DNA of 32,000 nucleotides from Dickeya dadantii NCPPB 898 (GTDB taxonomy: Bacteria > Pseudomonadota > Gammaproteobacteria > Enterobacterales > Enterobacteriaceae), in contig NZ_CM001976.1 of the NCBI RefSeq assembly GCF_000406145.1, positions 4,117,472-4,149,471 on the forward strand, in the 5' to 3' direction. Shown one piece after another: positions 26,903 to 32,000 of this stretch. The translations under genes and the position numbers were made by a program. Within the stretch, counting starts at the first letter, position 1, and every line of letters starts with the position of its first letter. The notes below the pieces were generated by a model. It saw only the letters and a list, made by a program, of their open reading frames with translations. It was not told where the DNA came from and did no database searches.

Positions 26903-27979
26903 TTACAGTACGTCGATCGCGTTCAGTTCTTTAAACGCTTTTTCCAGACGAGCTACCATGCTCGCCTGACCGGCACGCAGCCAGACACGCGGGTCATAGT
27001 ATTTCTTGTTCGGCTTGTCGCTGCCTTCCGGGTTGCCCAGTTGGCCCTGCAGATAGCCTTCGTTTTTCTTGTAGTAGTTCAGGATGCCTTCCCAGGTCGC
27101 CCACTGGGTGTCGGTGTCGATGTTCATCTTCACCACGCCGTAGCTGACCGCTTCAGCGATTTCTTCCGCAGAAGAACCGGAACCGCCGTGGAACACGAAG
27201 TCCAGGCTGTTGTGCGGCAGGTTGAATTTCTTGGACACGAATTCCTGAGAGTTGCGCAGGATTTTCGGCGTCAGCTGAACGTTACCCGGCTTGTACACGC
27301 CGTGTACGTTGCCGAAGGACGCCGCGATGGTGAAACGCGGGCTGATGGCGTTCAGTTTTTCGTAGGCGTAAGCTACGTCTTCCGGCTGGGTATACAGCGC
27401 AGAGTTGTCCAGGTGGCTGTTGTCCACGCCGTCTTCTTCACCGCCGGTGCAACCCAGTTCGATTTCCAGGGTCATGTCCAGTTTGGCCATACGCGCCAGA
27501 TACTTGCTGCAAATCTCGATGTTTTCTTCCAGAGATTCTTCAGACAGGTCGATCATGTGGGAAGAGAACAGCGGTTTACCGGTAGCGGCATAGTGCTTCT
27601 CGCCGGCGTCCAGCAGGCCGTCCAGCCACGGCAGCAGTTTCTTCGCGCAATGGTCGGTGTGCAGAATCACCGGCACGCCATAATGCTCAGCCAGCTGATG
27701 TACATGGTGAGCGCCAGAAATCGCACCCAGAATTGCCGCCTGCTGACCTTCAGCTTTCAGACCTTTACCCGCGGTAAACACAGCGCCGCCGTTGGAGAAC
27801 TGAACGATTACCGGCGCGCGCACTTTGGCTGCGGCTTCCAGAACGGCGTTAATAGAGTCGGTACCGACACAGTTAACCGCCGGCAATGCAAAGTGGTTTT
27901 CTTTGGCAATTGCGAATACTTTCTGAACGTCATCACCCGTGATGACACCAGGTTTTACGAAATCAAAGATTTTAGACAT
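26903..27979 (-). CDS. fbaA: Class II fructose-1,6-bisphosphate aldolase
   Basis: The 358-aa ORF starts MSKIFDFVKPGVITGDDVQKVF and contains ILHTDHCAKK and FVFHGGSGS. It is collinear with E. coli FbaA. Confidence 0.97.
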   Translation of the reverse strand: MSKIFDFVKPGVITGDDVQKVFAIAKENHFALPAVNCVGTDSINAVLEAAAKVRAPVIVQFSNGGAVFTAGKGLKAEGQQAAILGAISGAHHVHQLAEHYGVPVILHTDHCAKKLLPWLDGLLDAGEKHYAATGKPLFSSHMIDLSEESLEENIEICSKYLARMAKLDMTLEIELGCTGGEEDGVDNSHLDNSALYTQPEDVAYAYEKLNAISPRFTIAASFGNVHGVYKPGNVQLTPKILRNSQEFVSKKFNLPHNSLDFVFHGGSGSSAEEIAEAVSYGVVKMNIDTDTQWATWEGILNYYKKNEGYLQGQLGNPEGSDKPNKKYYDPRVWLRAGQASMVARLEKAFKELNAIDVL

Positions 27980-28094
27980 GTCACGTGTCCTGTTTCGTTG
28001 GCCGTGGAGGGTTAGAGATTTGTCTGTTACTACATTGTCGACATAACCGCGATTGTGCCGACATCATTCCGATTTACTGCACGATTTACCTGCT

Positions 28095-28145
28095 GGTTGC
28101 CCGGCCGGCGGCCGGGCAACCGGAAGCGGGAAACATGCCCGCTTC
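28095..28145 (-). other. Two tandem GC-rich stem-loops in the pgk-fbaA intercistronic region
   Basis: Hairpin 1 is ggttgcccggcc-ggc-ggccgggcaacc (28095-28121, up to 12 bp). Hairpin 2 is gaagcggg-aaacatg-cccgcttc (28123-28145). Neither is followed by a U-tract on the transcribed (minus) strand. Confidence 0.7.
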
Positions 28146-28165
28146 AGATAACTGATTGAAAACGC

Positions 28166-29329
28166 TTACTGACGAGCACGCTCTTCCAGCATGACCACCG
28201 CCGGCAGTTTTTTGCCTTCCACAAACTCCAGGAACGCACCGCCACCGGTAGAAATATAGGAAATCTTGTCGGCAATGCCGAACAGATCGATCGCCGCCAG
28301 CGTATCGCCGCCGCCCGCGATGGAGAACGCGTCGCTGTTGGCGATGGCATTAGCGATGATTTCCGTACCTTTGCGGAAGTTCGGGAATTCGAATACGCCG
28401 ACCGGGCCATTCCACAGAATGGTTTTGGCGTTTTTCAGAATATCGGCCAGACGCTCTGCGGACACATCGCCCAGGTCCAGAATCTGTTCATCATCTTTAA
28501 TGGCGGCAACGGATTTCAATGTCGCGGTAGCAGTTTCGGAGAATTCCGTAGCCACGCGAACATCGCTTGGTACCGGGATATCGCAGGTTTCCAGCAGTTT
28601 TTTCGCTTCCGGAATCAGTTCCGCTTCATACAGCGATTTACCGACGTTATGACCCTGAGCCGCTACGAAGGTGTTGGCGATACCACCGCCGACGATCAGC
28701 TGGTCGGCGATTTTGGACAGTGAGTCCAGCACGGTCAGTTTGGTGGACACTTTGGAACCGCCAACGATAGCCACCATCGGACGGGCCGGGTTGCCCAGCG
28801 CTTTGCCCAATGCTTCCAGTTCGTCGGACAGCAGCGGACCGGCGCAGGCGATCGGCGCGAACTTGCCCACACCGTGGGTCGAAGCCTGGGCGCGGTGCGC
28901 GGTACCGAACGCATCCATCACGAACACGTCGCACAGCGCGGCGTATTTTTTGGACAGCACTTCGTCGTCTTTCTTCTCGCCTTTGTTGAAGCGGACGTTT
29001 TCCAGCACCACCAGTTCGCCTTCCGCCACGTCGACGCCTTCCAAGTAGTCTTTCGCCAGACGTACCGGTGAAGACAGGCGATCTTTCAGGTAGTTCACTA
29101 CCGGCAGCAGGGAGAATTCTTCGTTGTACTCGCCTTCGGTCGGGCGGCCCAGGTGGGATGTCACCATCACGCGGGCACCCTGCTTCAGGGCGATTTCAAT
29201 GGTCGGCAGGGAAGCACGGATGCGGGCGTCAGACGTCACTTTGCCATCTTTAACCGGCACGTTCAGATCCGCACGGATCAGCACGCGTTTGCCAGCCAGA
29301 TCCAAGTCGGTCATCTTAATTACAGCCAT
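28166..29329 (-). CDS. pgk: Phosphoglycerate kinase
   Basis: The 387-aa ORF starts [45 protein letters not shown]. It is collinear with E. coli Pgk, and AAGAGGA precedes the ATG. Confidence 0.98.
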   Translation of the reverse strand: MAVIKMTDLDLAGKRVLIRADLNVPVKDGKVTSDARIRASLPTIEIALKQGARVMVTSHLGRPTEGEYNEEFSLLPVVNYLKDRLSSPVRLAKDYLEGVDVAEGELVVLENVRFNKGEKKDDEVLSKKYAALCDVFVMDAFGTAHRAQASTHGVGKFAPIACAGPLLSDELEALGKALGNPARPMVAIVGGSKVSTKLTVLDSLSKIADQLIVGGGIANTFVAAQGHNVGKSLYEAELIPEAKKLLETCDIPVPSDVRVATEFSETATATLKSVAAIKDDEQILDLGDVSAERLADILKNAKTILWNGPVGVFEFPNFRKGTEIIANAIANSDAFSIAGGGDTLAAIDLFGIADKISYISTGGGAFLEFVEGKKLPAVVMLEERARQ

Positions 29330-29396
29330 GGTGAATCCTCTTGTTGATTCTCTTTAAAGTCGCTTGAGTGAGGCGTCGGTATCCCGGCGCCGCCTA

Positions 29397-30413
29397 TCAG
29401 AAACCGCAGGCCGCCATCGCCCGAGTTGTGTCCAACATTCGGTTGGCAAAGCCCCATTCGTTATCGCACCAGACCAGCGTCTTGATCAGATGCCCTCCGC
29501 TGACCCGGGTTTGCGTTCCATCGACAATCGCGCTATGCGGGTCATGGTTGAAATCTACGGAAACCAACGGCAAATCGGTATAGTCAACTATACCACGAAA
29601 TGTATTCTGCGCTGATTGACGAAACAGCGTATTGATTTCACTTACGTTTACCGCGTTTTTCACACTGACGCTCAGGTCAATGGCCGTCACATTGATGGTC
29701 GGCACCCGCACCGAAATCGCCTCAAAACGGTCTTCAAATTTCGGAAAGAAACGGGTAATCCCCACCGCCAGTTTGGTGTCCACCGGAATGATCGACTGAC
29801 TGGCCGCGCGGGTACGCCGAAGATCATGGTGATAAGCGTCAATCACCGGTTGATCGTTCATCGACGCATGGATCGTGGTGACGGTGCCGCTTTCGATGCC
29901 GTACGCATCGTCCAGCAGCTTGATAATCGGAATAATGCAGTTGGTGGTGCAGGAGGCGTTGGACACCAGCCGGTGAGCCGGCTGCAAATCCGGATGGTTG
30001 ACGCCGTACACGATGGTGGCGTCGAGATCCGGCGCGCCGGGATGGGAGAACAATACTTTTTTCGCTCCCGCCGCCATGTGGGCTTCGCCATCGGCGCGGC
30101 TACCGTAGACGCCGCTGCAATCCAGCACAATGTCTACGCCGAGCTCCCCCCACGGCAGGGAACGAAGGTCCGGCTCATGCAGCAGGCGGATAGTGTCATC
30201 CCCTACCGACAAGCGATCGCATTCCTGACGCACATCCCACGAAAAACGGCCATGACTGCTGTCGTACTTAAGCAGGTGGGCAATCCCTTCGGCGTTAGCC
30301 AGCTCATTTATCGCCACCACCGCGATTTCAGCTCGCCGGCCGGACTCATACAGCGCGCGCAGTACGCTACGACCTATGCGACCAAAACCGTTTATCGCAA
30401 TACGGATTGTCAT
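29397..30413 (-). CDS. epd: D-erythrose-4-phosphate dehydrogenase
   Basis: The 338-aa ORF starts [39 protein letters not shown] and contains [11 protein letters not shown] and [16 protein letters not shown]. It matches E. coli Epd (GapB) and keeps the epd-pgk-fbaA order. Confidence 0.96.
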   Translation of the reverse strand: MTIRIAINGFGRIGRSVLRALYESGRRAEIAVVAINELANAEGIAHLLKYDSSHGRFSWDVRQECDRLSVGDDTIRLLHEPDLRSLPWGELGVDIVLDCSGVYGSRADGEAHMAAGAKKVLFSHPGAPDLDATIVYGVNHPDLQPAHRLVSNASCTTNCIIPIIKLLDDAYGIESGTVTTIHASMNDQPVIDAYHHDLRRTRAASQSIIPVDTKLAVGITRFFPKFEDRFEAISVRVPTINVTAIDLSVSVKNAVNVSEINTLFRQSAQNTFRGIVDYTDLPLVSVDFNHDPHSAIVDGTQTRVSGGHLIKTLVWCDNEWGFANRMLDTTRAMAACGF

Positions 30414-30553
30414 GAAATTCCCTGTGTAGTGATAAAAGCATCGCGCATCATAGAATAATCAGTACGTCGTCAGGAATAAACCGCTTGTTGCGCGCGGTGT
30501 GCCGCCAATCGGATCCGCCAGGATTCTGACCGCCAAACGCTGTCACACCAACA

Positions 30554-30569
30554 ACTGAAACGCTTCAGC
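30554..30569. promoter_or_regulatory. Cra (FruR) operator upstream of epd-pgk-fbaA
   Basis: ACTGAAACGCTTCAGC fits the published Cra consensus RSTGAAWCSNTHHW at every constrained position and is near-palindromic (TGAA-ACGC-TTCA). It lies about 145 nt upstream of the epd ATG. Confidence 0.65.
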
Positions 30570-30687
30570 TAGCATAAACGAATTGCCGGTCAAAGGAAAT
30601 ATGGCGACAGGGTGGATGCCAGAAGAGTGATCTGCGTCAAAAAATTACCGCACGGTTTGCTACCTAAAAACTGACGAGATCAAAAAA

Positions 30688-30708
30688 GGCCGGGAGACGA
30701 TCCCGGCC
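30688..30708 (-). terminator. Intrinsic terminator of tktA
   Basis: The minus strand reads ggccggga-tcgtc-tcccggcc followed by tttttt. It lies 30 nt after the tktA stop. Confidence 0.85.
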
Positions 30709-30737
30709 TTGCAAGAGAGGCTAACGAAGCGATGTGC

Positions 30738-32000
30738 TTATTTCAGCAGCGCTTTCGCCTTCGCTACTACGTTGTCGGTGGTGAAACCAAACACGTCGAA
30801 CAGTTTTTCTGCCGGCGCGGATTCGCCAAAGCTTTGCATACCGACAATCGCGCCATTCAGACCCACATATTTGTACCAGTAGTCAGCGATGCTGGCTTCG
30901 ATCGCCACACGGGCAGCCACAGCAGACGGCAGCACCGCTTCACGGTAGGCCGCGTCTTGTTTGTCGAACGCATCGGTAGACGGCATGGACACCACGCGCG
31001 CCTTGACGCCTTCGTCGGTCAGCTTCTGCCAGGCGGCAACCGCCAGCTCGACTTCGGAACCGGTCGCGATCAGAATCAGCTGCGGCTGGCCGCCGCTGTC
31101 TTTCAGCACGTAGGCGCCTTTGGCGACGTCCGCCAGCTGCTGAGCGGTACGCTCCTGCTGCGCCAGATTCTGACGAGACAGAATCAGCGCGGTCGGGCCG
31201 TCTTTACGCTCAATGGCGTATTTCCAGGCCACCGCGGTTTCTACCTGATCCGCCGGGCGCCAGGTGCTCATGTTCGGCGTTACACGCAGGCTGGCCAGCT
31301 GTTCCACCGGCTGGTGGGTCGGGCCGTCTTCGCCCAGACCGATGGAGTCATGGGTGTAGACATAAATGCTGCGCACTTTCATCAGCGCCGCCATACGCAC
31401 CGCGTTACGGGCATATTCGACGAACATCAGGAAGGTGGCGGTGTACGGCACGAAGCCGCCGTGCAGCGAGATACCGTTGGCGATAGCGGTCATGCCGAAT
31501 TCGCGCACGCCGTAGTGAATGTAGTTGCCCGCCGGGTCTTCATTCAGCGATTTGGAACCGGACCAGATAGTCAGGTTGCTCGGCGCCAGGTCGGCGGAAC
31601 CGCCCAGGAATTCCGGCAGCAGTTTGCCATAGGCTTCCAGCGCGTTCTGCGAGGCTTTACGGCTGGCGATCTTGGCCGGGTTAGCCTGCAGTTGTTCGAT
31701 AACCTTGGCCGACTCCGCCTGCCAGTTGGCCGGCAGTTCGCCGCTCACGCGACGGGTGAATTCGGCAGCCAGTTCCGGATAAGCGCTGGCGTAAGCGTTG
31801 AACGCCTGTTGCCAGGCCGCTTCTTTGCTCTGACCGGCTTTGCGGGCATCCCAGGCGGCGTAAATATCGGCCGGGATTTCAAACGGACCGTATTTCCAGC
31901 CCAGTTGTTCGCGGGTGGCGGCCACTTCGGCGTCGCCCAACGGCGCGCCGTGGGAATCATGGGTACCGGCTTTGTTCGGCGAACCGAAACCGATCACGGT
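30738..32000 (-). CDS. tktA: Transketolase, C-terminal 420 codons. The 5' part runs off the right edge of the window.
   Basis: The frame is open from the stop at 30738 to base 32000. The M at 31997 in the ORF track is an internal GTG. The sequence reads ..[22 protein letters not shown]...[24 protein letters not shown]...[17 protein letters not shown], collinear with the C-terminal two thirds of E. coli TktA. Confidence 0.95.
   Translation of the reverse strand, partial: TVIGFGSPNKAGTHDSHGAPLGDAEVAATREQLGWKYGPFEIPADIYAAWDARKAGQSKEAAWQQAFNAYASAYPELAAEFTRRVSGELPANWQAESAKVIEQLQANPAKIASRKASQNALEAYGKLLPEFLGGSADLAPSNLTIWSGSKSLNEDPAGNYIHYGVREFGMTAIANGISLHGGFVPYTATFLMFVEYARNAVRMAALMKVRSIYVYTHDSIGLGEDGPTHQPVEQLASLRVTPNMSTWRPADQVETAVAWKYAIERKDGPTALILSRQNLAQQERTAQQLADVAKGAYVLKDSGGQPQLILIATGSEVELAVAAWQKLTDEGVKARVVSMPSTDAFDKQDAAYREAVLPSAVAARVAIEASIADYWYKYVGLNGAIVGMQSFGESAPAEKLFDVFGFTTDNVVAKAKALLK

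Noticed and set aside
30601-30630. A 9-codon mini-ORF (MATGWMPEE) with a good AAGGA Shine-Dalgarno sequence in the tktA/epd spacer
   Set aside because: It lies on the strand opposite to all flanking transcription. It is too short to evaluate, and I have no evidence of conservation. It is most likely fortuitous.
1-32000. A window-wide search for CRISPR arrays, tRNA/rRNA genes, IS elements or integrases, toxin-antitoxin pairs, and defence or secondary-metabolite clusters
   Set aside because: I saw no regularly spaced repeats, no T-loop or anticodon-arm signatures, no transposase- or integrase-like ORFs, and no terminal inverted repeats. Every ORF longer than 150 aa on its true strand is a recognisable housekeeping or regulatory gene. 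I therefore do not claim a novel system in this window.

Overview
Almost the whole window is conserved enterobacterial housekeeping DNA. Gene content and a roughly mid-50s % GC suggest Pectobacteriaceae (Dickeya-like), but I cannot verify that without a search. I call 29 coding sequences (28 protein genes plus the thrL leader peptide). Two genes are cut by the window edges, and talB at 1-465 is missing from the ORF track.

Block 1 (1-16.3 kb) runs talB, yaaA, thrC-thrB-thrA-thrL, lasT(yjtD), arcA, creA, rob, gpmB, yjjX, trpR, slt, ettA. This is the E. coli 0/100-min neighbourhood as I remember it, but without yaaJ, yaaX and creBCD.

Block 2 (20.8-32 kb) runs serA, rpiA, argP, yggE, an IclR/YiaJ-like regulator, mscS, fbaA, pgk, epd, tktA. 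This is a condensed version of the E. coli 63-66 min region.

The two blocks are joined by a three-gene accessory segment (16.5-20.7 kb). It holds a methyl-accepting chemotaxis protein ending in NWETF, a LysR regulator, and a divergent MDR-family oxidoreductase.

I see no CRISPR array, tRNA or rRNA, transposase or integrase, phage or defence-like gene, or cluster of unknown-function genes. I therefore find no candidate for a novel multi-gene system here. Every long unassigned ORF in the track is an antisense shadow of a conserved gene.

The items worth a second look are regulatory or structural:
- A thr leader about 85 nt longer than in E. coli, with a second terminator-like hairpin.
- A TrpR operator that overlaps the first in-frame ATG of trpR.
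- A textbook Cra box upstream of epd, whose 15-nt core recurs in the lasT/arcA intergenic region.
- An FNR-like box upstream of arcA.
- An AT-rich 450-bp gap with a 15-bp tandem repeat upstream of the MCP.
- An orphan YiaJ-like regulator sitting where E. coli has argO.
- Several short tandem repeats and hairpin clusters in 3' intergenic gaps.

All comparisons with E. coli are from memory.
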